From an uncultured archaeon (lineage in GTDB: Archaea > Asgardarchaeota > Heimdallarchaeia > Heimdallarchaeales > Kariarchaeaceae): a stretch of 64,000 nucleotides of DNA. The position numbers and the translations under genes were made by a program. The notes below the pieces were generated by a model. It was not told the origin of the DNA. It saw nothing but the letters and a program-made list of their open reading frames with translations, and ran no database searches. Shown here one piece after another: positions 55,729-64,000 of this stretch (within the stretch, counting starts at the first letter, position 1; each line of letters starts with the position of its first letter). The stretch covers positions 17,799-81,798 of the forward strand of contig CAZYCQ010000009.1 in NCBI GenBank assembly GCA_964645535.1. Direction: 5' to 3'.

Positions 55729-56052
55729 ATGGATACTGTTGATGATGTCGACAAATATGTCGCAATTGTGATGAAACAGATCATCGAAACGGCAGCTGAA
55801 GACGGCATCATAACTGAAGAAGAAAAAAGACTTATCGAAGAGATTGATTTTTCGATGAAAATTTTCCGTGACCAGCTGAATCTGGCTTTATTGGATGGAA
55901 CGATTTCCCAAGAAGAAAAGGAAACCCTGCTGAAATTGAAAGATATAATTGTGAACAACGCACTTGAAGTTGCAGACGAAGATAGACATATTTCAGAAGA
56001 TGAAATGGACATCTTGATGGCGTTCCTTCTTTCCACCAAGATCCCCAAATGA
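55729..56052 (+). CDS. TerB-like / EF-hand-like small acidic helical protein
   Basis: Three D(G/R)xI(T/S)xxE motifs. Confidence 0.7.
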   Translation: MDTVDDVDKYVAIVMKQIIETAAEDGIITEEEKRLIEEIDFSMKIFRDQLNLALLDGTISQEEKETLLKLKDIIVNNALEVADEDRHISEDEMDILMAFLLSTKIPK

Positions 56053-56270
56053 CTCTCTCCAATTTTTCATTGGACTGATCTTGTCAAATCATGTTGGAAT
56101 TATTTTTGGCATGGAACATCATAATGATCTTCCACTGGCCACAACATTCTCATGAAGGAGCAGTACCCTTTGTAGATTCTCGTGTTTGGAACACATGTAC
56201 TCTCTGTTATTTTGAAAATCCCCAAATTTCTCTGCTTTCATGAAGCATTTCTTTGAATCTTTACAAGGTG

Positions 56271-57320
56271 CTACTTTAATTTAGGGATGTATCCTGGAAC
56301 AGTATAGGAGAATATATTGACATAGGTTTGGATGCCAAATGCAATAGTGTAAACCAGCAAATTCACTGAAAGCACCTTTTTCTTCTGACTAAATGCAAGA
56401 GGGAATGACCATAGAAAATACTGTGGTGTGAAATGCCAGTTGAAAACCGCAAAAATACTCAATGAAAGAAACATGCCCTGTTCATTTGGTTTCATACTGA
56501 CTGCTCCCAATATTGATAGGAGATAAACTACCAAAAATATCTCCTTAAAGTAAGGGGGTGACCCAAAGATCAAAGATGTAAATGCAGGGAATGAGGCAGG
56601 ATAAGGCCCCTTGGCCATATGAAACTTAACTATCCAGAGGAGTCCTTGAATTGATCCATTATGAAAAAGAACAAATCCTAATGTCGGCAAAGATCCAATA
56701 AACGATCCAACCAGTGCCTGACTCAATTTTTTCCGTCTTGCCCTGACTTTCATGAAGATGGCAATCAAATACAGCCCAGGAAAAAATTTTATCCATGCCC
56801 CAAGCATCGCACAGATGGAAGCCATTGATATTTTTTCTTCCCTGTCAAATTTGATTGCCAGCAATAAAAAAAGAATAGGCCAAGAATCAAACCTTGCAAG
56901 AAGAAGAAGAGGAATGGGTGGAAACATTGCCCAAATCCAAGCTGCCGATCTTGCCATTTCCAAGTTCTTTTCATGGCTCATGGTCTTGAGCACCTTAATA
57001 ATCAAACTATCTGCTAAGGTAATCCAAATTGCAAACCAGATTTCATAAGACCAGATTCCGATTGTCTTGAACATGGCGTATGGTACGATAATAATAACAA
57101 TGAACAAAGGTGGAAACTCAATATTGAAATCATTGTAAGGCACGTATCCCTCCCATGTCCACTCTGCATATTGTTCCCAAACAAACTTGATATCTCCAAA
57201 ATCAAGTATTCCATCAAAATAGGGATTGGCAAAGATCCCTCTTTTTCCAAATGTAAATGAAGTCCAAATGATTATCAATCTAAGTAGGACTCCCAAAATA
57301 AGAGGATCTTTCTTCTCCAT
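56271..57320 (-). CDS. GT-C fold glycosyltransferase (GT87/PIG-M-like, polyprenol-P-sugar dependent)
   Basis: GD...Y, PY.DF.IEFPP, RFD, K.FP, PQY.LW, many TM helices. Confidence 0.8.
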   Translation of the reverse strand: MEKKDPLILGVLLRLIIIWTSFTFGKRGIFANPYFDGILDFGDIKFVWEQYAEWTWEGYVPYNDFNIEFPPLFIVIIIVPYAMFKTIGIWSYEIWFAIWITLADSLIIKVLKTMSHEKNLEMARSAAWIWAMFPPIPLLLLARFDSWPILFLLLAIKFDREEKISMASICAMLGAWIKFFPGLYLIAIFMKVRARRKKLSQALVGSFIGSLPTLGFVLFHNGSIQGLLWIVKFHMAKGPYPASFPAFTSLIFGSPPYFKEIFLVVYLLSILGAVSMKPNEQGMFLSLSIFAVFNWHFTPQYFLWSFPLAFSQKKKVLSVNLLVYTIAFGIQTYVNIFSYTVPGYIPKLK

Positions 57321-57440
57321 ATTCCAATTTTTACATATTCAATTTCTTAACACCTTGGATTTAGATCTATGAACCTTACACAAGGTTTTTCCTGTCCATG
57401 GAATACTGCAAAGGAATTTAAGAAAGGCATATATGATGGT

Positions 57441-58673
57441 ATGATGCGACAAATAACGAACGTGAACATCATTGACATCAAATCTGGCAAAATTATGGAA
57501 AATCAATCAGTTGGCTTTACAAACCGGATTTGGTGGATTGGAGAACAAAATGAACATAAGGTTGATGAAACGATCGATGGAGCTGGATCTTACCTTCTAC
57601 CGGGATTGATTGACCTTCATGTCCACCTCCAAGCAACAACTGCCGTCAATTGGGCGGAAGAGATGATGAGAAAAAAGTCTGGGATGGATCACTACATTGC
57701 ACTTTCCAATGCCCATCGGCATTTGCGAGCTGGCTTCACAACCTTGAGAGACTGTGGTGGGGAACTTTGGGGGAGTTCATTGAGACATTCCATAGATCGA
57801 GGTATCGTTATGGGGCCTCGTTTGTTGGTTGCCCAATGGACCATCGGGCAATGGGGAAATCAAGAGGCAATGGGGCCTGATGAATGGCTTGAAATACAAA
57901 GAAAAAGGGAAGTGTTTACCGGTTCTGATGGTGTCAGGCATGCTGTTCGTGAAAGGAAACGCTTGGGTTCGGATTTCATCAAAACAATGACCACTGGTGG
58001 TGTCCTGCATGGCATGGAATCCAAACTTGAAAGAACTCTATGGACTGAGGAAGAACTTACTGCCATGGTGAATGAGGCACACAGACTGGGCATGCATGTT
58101 GCAGTCCATGCTCATGGAACTGCCGGCATTGTTCACGCAGCTCGTGCAGGTGTGGACACCATTGAACATTGTAGCCTTGTCGATGAGGAGGGCATCAAAT
58201 TAATGAAAAAACAAGGAATTACAATGATTCCTACTCAAACCTCTGCATTCATGGATAAACCCGATCTCATGGAAAAACTGCCTCCCGAAGTTCGGAAAAA
58301 AACCATTGAAGTAGACACAGCCATGATCGAACGCCATAGGATCGCTTTTGAAGCTGGCGTGAAAATTGCCTGCGGAACTGATGCGGGTGTTCCGGGAAAT
58401 CCACATGGGACCTCTGCAAGGGAACTTGAGCTATATGTGGAAAATATTGGCATGACCCCTTTGCAGGCATTGCAAACTGCAACAATCAATGCAGCAGAAG
58501 CAATAGGCTTGGAGAATGTGGGACGAATCGAAAAGGACGCCTTTGCTGATCTTGTGTTAGTCAAAAAGAACCCCTTGGAGGATATCTCTGTTCTTAGCGA
58601 TCTGTCCAACATCATTGGTGTATTCAAAGACGGAGCTCTCGTGGCAAAACAAGGAAAAATCATCCCTTCCTGA
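57441..58673 (+). CDS. Metal-dependent amidohydrolase (prolidase-like subgroup)
   Basis: PGLIDLHVH, GFTTLRD, IK, HAHG, IEH, GTDAG, ADLV; start 57441 preferred over 57369. Confidence 0.93.
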   Translation: MMRQITNVNIIDIKSGKIMENQSVGFTNRIWWIGEQNEHKVDETIDGAGSYLLPGLIDLHVHLQATTAVNWAEEMMRKKSGMDHYIALSNAHRHLRAGFTTLRDCGGELWGSSLRHSIDRGIVMGPRLLVAQWTIGQWGNQEAMGPDEWLEIQRKREVFTGSDGVRHAVRERKRLGSDFIKTMTTGGVLHGMESKLERTLWTEEELTAMVNEAHRLGMHVAVHAHGTAGIVHAARAGVDTIEHCSLVDEEGIKLMKKQGITMIPTQTSAFMDKPDLMEKLPPEVRKKTIEVDTAMIERHRIAFEAGVKIACGTDAGVPGNPHGTSARELELYVENIGMTPLQALQTATINAAEAIGLENVGRIEKDAFADLVLVKKNPLEDISVLSDLSNIIGVFKDGALVAKQGKIIPS

Positions 58674-58863
58674 ATTGACCTCACCTGAAATGCACCTTGA
58701 TTCCTGTCGGACTCTAACGTCATTCATATTTTGAACTTCGGAACGATTTCCCGGCTATTATTTGACCGACCGACAATTGGAAACTCATGAAATAATGGTG
58801 CTGATCCATTCAAAATCTTGGATTATTCAACAAAAGACAATTTCGCCGGAATTCTTCCAATCC

Positions 58864-59649
58864 TCAAGCTGTTTCAAACTTTGTCCTCAACCAATCCAAA
58901 TGTTCCGGAAGATCCAAATCAAATGCTATCTCATAATCGTCCGAAATGACAAGTTTGGAGGTAATCCCAAACATTTTTGTCATTAGGTTTTCTGCGTCGT
59001 CCAATCGAACCCTTCCGAATACCAGTTTGAGAAAAATCCATGGTGAAGCCTTGAAAACTCCTAAAATGAAACTTTTCCGGTTGGTCGAGAGAAATTTGAT
59101 CATGTCATATTTATCTGCCGCTGTTTTAGGATCAAGAAGAATGAGATTTCCGGATGCAAATTCTCCGTCTCTTATTTTCATATATCCCCATTCAAGGTCA
59201 GGTGCTTTTTCAAGAAAAACTGCTTTGGGGACTATTGAATAATAAAAATCAAATTTACGGTCACCGGTTCTTTCAAGAAATCGGTTCACCATTGCGGAAT
59301 TGAGAAGTGGAAGGTCTCCAGAAAGGAATAAGGCATGTCTTCCTTCCTCAAACCAGTCAGGATGATTCACTAAGAATTTGATTGCCATGAAAATCTTGTC
59401 GTATTGTTCTCCTTCCATTTCAAGGATTTCAATATTCGGCTCGTCAGGAATTGTGCCGAGTTGCAATCCCACCACAAGGATTCGTGTCGCAAATGGCCTG
59501 ACTGCCTCTATGCAATTTTCAACTACTTTCTTGCCTCTGAACTCTATCAGTACCTTGTTCTCAACATTGGCATATTTCATCAATGCATCTTTTTTTGGAG
59601 GTCGTCCCGCTAAAATAACTACTGGGAATCCCATTATGTCATGAACCAT
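58864..59649 (-). CDS. MobA-like nucleotidyltransferase
   Basis: VILAG, NKVLI, SGDLPL, FDLDLPEH. Confidence 0.8.
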   Translation of the reverse strand: MVHDIMGFPVVILAGRPPKKDALMKYANVENKVLIEFRGKKVVENCIEAVRPFATRILVVGLQLGTIPDEPNIEILEMEGEQYDKIFMAIKFLVNHPDWFEEGRHALFLSGDLPLLNSAMVNRFLERTGDRKFDFYYSIVPKAVFLEKAPDLEWGYMKIRDGEFASGNLILLDPKTAADKYDMIKFLSTNRKSFILGVFKASPWIFLKLVFGRVRLDDAENLMTKMFGITSKLVISDDYEIAFDLDLPEHLDWLRTKFETA

Positions 59650-59746
59650 TTCTTCTCTTTTGAATATTGCAATGTCTCCACTGCCAAAAAATTTTATTTA
59701 CCTTATTGAAAGCAAATCACCCCTCACAATTTTTGTCACATTTGGA

Positions 59747-60202
59747 TCAAGGATTGTTCAATCTTTCCCATTCAATTTTTGGACATCGATCCTGTATCAG
59801 AACCAATCCATTTTGTGAAACTTCTTCAGCTAACGATGTTTCAACACCCAAGGGGAGCCAGATCCATGGTATCTTAAGCTTGATTGCCTCTTCAACCACA
59901 CGATCCACATTTCTTGGACTCATGTAGATAAGAACCGCTGTTGCCCCCTTTGCCTCCCGCAGTGACCTCTTTGTTCTCCAATGTCCAATCTCCTTCAGAA
60001 TGGGATGGATTGGTATGATGGTATGACCCTTTCTCTCAAGGAATTCTGGAACATATCTGCTTGGCCTTGCGGCATCTGGGGACATCCCCACAACTGCGAT
60101 GATTTGGGGCGTGGAAAGAAAAGTTGCAATCATTTGTTCCATGGCATGCTGGTGAATCCTGCCTTTAGGTTCTTTTGCATATGTGCCCCCCGCAATGTTC
60201 AT
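59747..60202 (-). CDS. CoA-binding protein (YccU-like)
   Basis: IAVVGMS....RPS, IPIHP, WLPLG, DRCPKIE; may start at 60142. Confidence 0.88.
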   Translation of the reverse strand: MNIAGGTYAKEPKGRIHQHAMEQMIATFLSTPQIIAVVGMSPDAARPSRYVPEFLERKGHTIIPIHPILKEIGHWRTKRSLREAKGATAVLIYMSPRNVDRVVEEAIKLKIPWIWLPLGVETSLAEEVSQNGLVLIQDRCPKIEWERLNNP

Positions 60203-60226
60203 TTATGCAAACAGCCTGATCATCAT

Positions 60227-60955
60227 ATGGGTTTTAACTTTCCTCCTGATAAGCATCCTCTCAGGTATAGATACCACAATCAGGCAAACTTTCTGACTTT
60301 TGTCATCGCTACCCTGTATCTACTGGCTGCCCGGGATGTCTTTATTATCCTCGGCTTTCCTCCTCTTGCTGTCTTTCTCCTTCTTTTGCTCTCCTACCTG
60401 GGAAGTGGAATAAATATCCCCCTTTTCACAGTTGAATCGAGTTACCGGTCTGAGTATGTTGTCCCATTGAATTTCTTCGGCTTCCAGTTTGCAATTCCCC
60501 GTTTCATTAATCAACGAACCTTGGTTGCAATCAATGTCGGGGGTGCGGTGGTGCCCATCCTTGTTTCCATCCTCCTGTTGCTGCAGGATCCTGCTGCCAT
60601 CCCTCATGTTATAGGACCTCTGATCTTTGCCTCAATAATCATCAATCGACAGGCACGACTTGTTCCCGGAATGGGCGTTACCCTCCCTGCCCTGTTCGCT
60701 CCAACTCTTTCAGTCCTTTTGGCATTGCTGTTTCTGCCTCTGACCGGCGGTATAATCCATCTCATCCCGGTCATTTATGTCACTGCTTCAATGGGCTCCC
60801 TTATTGGTGCAGACCTGATGAACCTCCGGAAAATCCCTTCACTGGGATCCCCCATGGTGTCAATCGGGGGTGCAGGAACGTTCGACGGTGTATTCATGGG
60901 TGGAATCTTGGCAATTTCATTGGTCGGAACCTTCCTTCCCCAAATTGCCCCTTAA
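60227..60955 (+). CDS. DUF1614 membrane protein
   Basis: GSGINIP, AINVGGAVVP, GSLIGADL, SIGGAGTFDGVF; ATG 60227 preferred over 59981. Confidence 0.9.
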   Translation: MGFNFPPDKHPLRYRYHNQANFLTFVIATLYLLAARDVFIILGFPPLAVFLLLLLSYLGSGINIPLFTVESSYRSEYVVPLNFFGFQFAIPRFINQRTLVAINVGGAVVPILVSILLLLQDPAAIPHVIGPLIFASIIINRQARLVPGMGVTLPALFAPTLSVLLALLFLPLTGGIIHLIPVIYVTASMGSLIGADLMNLRKIPSLGSPMVSIGGAGTFDGVFMGGILAISLVGTFLPQIAP

Positions 60956-61741
60956 ACTAAAAACAATCCCCTTTTCCTCATCAAATATGGGGATCATATC
61001 TGTGGCATCAATGGAAAGGCAATACCCTATGTCTTTTCCAATCATTGCCGATTTCTTCTGGTAGTATTCCGGATCACGGAACACTCTGACAAAAAGGTCT
61101 TGGCTAGTTATTGGATCGTCCTTTCCCAATATTCGGTCACTGAGCATCTTGGCCGTGATGTCGTCTTCTGGAACATGAATATGACCCGTTTCCGTCTTGG
61201 TTCCCAAGGCTATCAGATTCACCGCCAATCCCTCTTCCCTCTTCCGCCTCAGGTAATCACTGACCGCTTTCGCATTTCTCGGACTGGCAATGAGCACCTC
61301 TCTTGCACCTTTGGATCTGAGCAATCCCTGAGTCCCATTGGTCGTCCGAAGCACAACTCTTTTTCCTCTCAGCTTGGATCCCCATTCTTCGACTTCAACC
61401 GGTGAATTGGTCAGATGAAATCCCTCCGGCTTCCTCCCTCCAACTTCTCCGATAATGATCTCTGCCTGTGAACTCAACGCTTCCTCGACTCCAGAAACAG
61501 GAATCAGATGATCAACATACTTCAGTAACGCAAGGATGGTATTCGATGCACGAAATGTATCGATTATGACGTTGATCCCCTTCCTTTTTGCCGCAATTTC
61601 CGCTCCCGCAGGGAAATACTCCACAAAGAGATTTGGTGCCACTTCCACAATTGCTTCAAATTTCCGTCTATTAAATTGGTTTCCCTCATTTTCTCCGATA
61701 AAGGGTTCCTTCATGGAAGACATATCTGTCGCTTCTTTCAA
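60917..61741 (-). CDS. comB: 2-phosphosulfolactate phosphatase-like (ComB family)
   Basis: IIDTFRAS, GEVGG...GFHLTNSP, TTNGT, ED; true start probably nearer 61648. Confidence 0.85.
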   Translation of the reverse strand: MKEATDMSSMKEPFIGENEGNQFNRRKFEAIVEVAPNLFVEYFPAGAEIAAKRKGINVIIDTFRASNTILALLKYVDHLIPVSGVEEALSSQAEIIIGEVGGRKPEGFHLTNSPVEVEEWGSKLRGKRVVLRTTNGTQGLLRSKGAREVLIASPRNAKAVSDYLRRKREEGLAVNLIALGTKTETGHIHVPEDDITAKMLSDRILGKDDPITSQDLFVRVFRDPEYYQKKSAMIGKDIGYCLSIDATDMIPIFDEEKGIVFSLRGNLGKEGSDQ

Positions 61742-62033
61742 ATCTCACTGCCATGGGATCATGCTTGGCACGAAGGGTAACAGGAACCAGCAGCAGGGAA
61801 AGCGCAAACATCAAAGCAAAGAGCAGATACGAACTCACTGCAAGAGGTCTCTCATCAAATGAGAACCCTTCATCCTGTTCAATCGTCTCTGAATCTGGAA
61901 CACGGTGGAGAAGAAGATCTTCTCCGTCGCGAAATAGGTAGTCAGCTCCAAAATGTATCCAAGGATAGAACACAAATGGGATGGTCAACAATGCCGCAAA
62001 GGCTACAAGCTTGGCGATTTTTTGAATTGCCAT
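61686..62033 (-). CDS. Small 2-TM hypothetical membrane protein
   Basis: Two hydrophobic helices. Confidence 0.6.
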   Translation of the reverse strand: MAIQKIAKLVAFAALLTIPFVFYPWIHFGADYLFRDGEDLLLHRVPDSETIEQDEGFSFDERPLAVSSYLLFALMFALSLLLVPVTLRAKHDPMAVRFERSDRYVFHEGTLYRRK

Positions 62034-62290
62034 GCATATATTCCTATGAACTCATTTTAAAGGGTCAGTCGTTTTAGCAATACTGAATACTATTCTTTAC
62101 ATATCAAAATGTCCAGCGACTGACTTTTTGGAAACCCATTGTTTTCGTGCTCATCCTCTTGGGTGTAAAAAAAAAGCTTGTCACAAAAATTTCAATGACC
62201 ATGAAAAATTCGAATTGAAAAACAGTAGTGTCTGGATGGAAAGTTTGCTCTCTGAAAAGGCCTGGATGACCATCTGCATTCAGTCTCTGA

Positions 62291-63871
62291 TCATATCTGG
62301 TTGATGGAACCGATAAAAACCTTCAGAAGGGAAATTACCCGGTTGAATTCCCGTGATACCTCAGGACGAAGATAAACTGCTGTTCCAACTCCTTCCTCAT
62401 TGATGGTTGGATTGATCTCAACATACCCTTTTTTCCGTAGGGCTTCCAAATGGGTGTTTAAAACACCCCAAGACAATCCGAGATGGGCTTTCAATTCGAC
62501 AGTGGTCATCCGTGAATGTCGCATCAGCCATTTGATAATGGAAAGCCGTACTGGATTGAAAATAAATCTGTACTTATACAAATCGGGCGTCACGTTCCCC
62601 CAAATTTCTTCAGAAAGACCTACCTTCTCCCTGACCATACCTTCCTCCTCATCAGCTAACGGCTTAATCTCCTTTTCAAGCTTAAAAAGATCCATCAACT
62701 TTCGATGGATCTGATTTTCAAAAGCCATTTCCTTGCCATCTTCAATGATCGAGATTGCTGTGGAAATCTCTCCTCTTGTTGCATAAAATTTTGACTCAAT
62801 TTCCTTGAGCGAAAGGGAAAATGTCTTGTGAGCCTCCTTTTCTGTATCTTCCTTGGCAAGAAGAAGCAGTTCCCGGATCTCCCTATCTAATTGACCCTCT
62901 CCATTCCCTACTGCCAATTGCAGAAAATGACAGAATGATGCCAAACGAAGTTCCTGCCGAACCTTGACCCCGTAAATGAGCCTCTTGAAGAAACTCATGG
63001 CTGTCCGCAACGACTTTTCATCTTCCCTTTGAAGATACAATCCTTTGAAATACAACCCTTTTGCATGCCAAGCAATATGCATCAACCGAATATTGTCAAG
63101 ATCTGAAAGAAGTTCATCCAATTCCCGGATGAATTTGTCTGCCAGCTCAATATTCCCCTCATGGCTTGCATATTCCACCATTCTTTGATAACTATGCGCC
63201 AATTCCCAATATACCGTATATGGCAAATCTTTCTGGATGCTGATGGCCTCTTGGATCAATTGCCTGGCTTGGTCAACCAATCCCTCATCAAACCTTACTT
63301 TGGAAAGGTTTCTTAGGAGGGCTGCCCTAAGCCGCTCATTCGGATGGTCTTTCAACAGCTCAAAACCACGGAAATACAAGGCAGTGGCTTTCTCTAGATC
63401 CCCCACAACCTGATGTGCATACCCGACATTATAGCAGCAGTACACATAGATCTGGATTTCTTTCAATTCCCATGCCAATTTCATTGCCTGTTTGCCCATT
63501 TCAAAGCAAACCCCATAATTGCCCTGATTGTCGTTGATCACGACCATCCTCAAAAGGGCCCTTGCCTCCAATTTCCGATTTCCTGAACTTCTTGCGACTT
63601 CCAATGCCATATTGGCGTAATCCATCGAATCCTCAAGCCTCCCGAAATACCACAGCACTATCGAAAATAACAGGTAAAACTCCCCCATGGCTCCTTCCTG
63701 TGCAAATAGGATGATCGTACCCTTGTCTCGCATCAGATCAAGGGCACTCTCATATTCAACTTTGGCAAAATAACAAGTGATCAACCATTTCATCTCTTCA
63801 ACGTTTCGAGCATCCTTTACCTTTTCATACAACTCATCCACCCGTCCCTCCCTCCACAAGTCAGCAAGCAT
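62291..63871 (-). CDS. TPR-repeat protein with a C-terminal winged-helix (MarR/ArsR-like) DNA-binding domain
   Basis: TPR-like helices; FNPVRLSI...ELKAHLGLSWGVLNTHLEALRKKGYV. Confidence 0.88.
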   Translation of the reverse strand: MLADLWREGRVDELYEKVKDARNVEEMKWLITCYFAKVEYESALDLMRDKGTIILFAQEGAMGEFYLLFSIVLWYFGRLEDSMDYANMALEVARSSGNRKLEARALLRMVVINDNQGNYGVCFEMGKQAMKLAWELKEIQIYVYCCYNVGYAHQVVGDLEKATALYFRGFELLKDHPNERLRAALLRNLSKVRFDEGLVDQARQLIQEAISIQKDLPYTVYWELAHSYQRMVEYASHEGNIELADKFIRELDELLSDLDNIRLMHIAWHAKGLYFKGLYLQREDEKSLRTAMSFFKRLIYGVKVRQELRLASFCHFLQLAVGNGEGQLDREIRELLLLAKEDTEKEAHKTFSLSLKEIESKFYATRGEISTAISIIEDGKEMAFENQIHRKLMDLFKLEKEIKPLADEEEGMVREKVGLSEEIWGNVTPDLYKYRFIFNPVRLSIIKWLMRHSRMTTVELKAHLGLSWGVLNTHLEALRKKGYVEINPTINEEGVGTAVYLRPEVSREFNRVISLLKVFIGSINQI

Positions 63872-64000
63872 CTACAGATATTGACCGACAAAAATATAAT
63901 AATGTTGTCAATCCCGATTGCAGGCCGACATTGCTTCATAATCCATAATTTCAATCCTTACGCATCCCTGCACCAAAATTGCTGCGGATATGTAGGAAAT

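Noticed and set aside
56053-56270. Possible small ORF between the TerB-like and glycosyltransferase genes
   Set aside because: The frames I read give only short peptides without motifs.
7550-57320. A GPI-anchor-like pathway built from the PAP2, polyprenol kinase, PIG-L-family deacetylase and GT87/PIG-M-like genes
   Set aside because: The genes are scattered over 50 kb, each family is widespread in prokaryotes, the deacetylase looks like a soluble BshB type, and no transamidase is visible.
59981-60226. N-terminal extension of the 324-aa DUF1614 ORF
   Set aside because: It is antisense to the CoA-binding gene; the family-like sequence begins near 60227.
1-64000. Numerous 60-185 aa antisense or alternate-frame ORFs in the track; also tRNA, rRNA, IS and prophage signatures
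   Set aside because: The short ORFs are shadows of well-supported genes. No tRNA arms, rRNA segments, transposases, integrases or capsid genes were recognised by eye; a covariance-model scan would be needed to exclude small RNAs.

Overview
64 kb of a gene-dense, roughly 40% GC archaeal chromosome. The split RNA polymerase A'/A'', archaeal uS12, PAN, aCPSF1/FttA, Nop2-Nip7 and thiolase-DUF35 genes are archaeal. A UEV-Vps23/37-like ESCRT-I subunit, an Arf-like protein, a longin/uDENN-like protein, LRR/TPR/HEAT repeat proteins and short Pro-hydrophobic-basic C-terminal anchors point to an Asgard archaeon, probably Heimdallarchaeia (inference from gene content, not a phylogeny). I saw no rRNA, tRNA, CRISPR array or transposase. 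The only mobile element is a 463-aa intein in rpoA2. Best leads: (1) a P2/SERCA-scaffold P-type ATPase whose Ca2+ ligands are replaced (TM4 PEGL->PINI, TM6 N/T/D->F/A/H plus a PP motif) in a way that echoes eukaryotic P4 lipid flippases; (2) a cluster of eukaryote-like genes right after rps12 (UEV-Vps23, a coiled-coil/polyproline protein, an Arf-like pseudo-GTPase, an FKBP-TM-zinc-finger protein); (3) a soluble SPFH-like protein with a MinD-type membrane-targeting helix upstream of PAN; (4) an LRR/longin-wHTH/MinD gene string; (5) several apparent pseudoenzymes and a 48-aa zinc-finger ORF missing from the ORF track. All family assignments come from reading motifs by eye; no searches were run.
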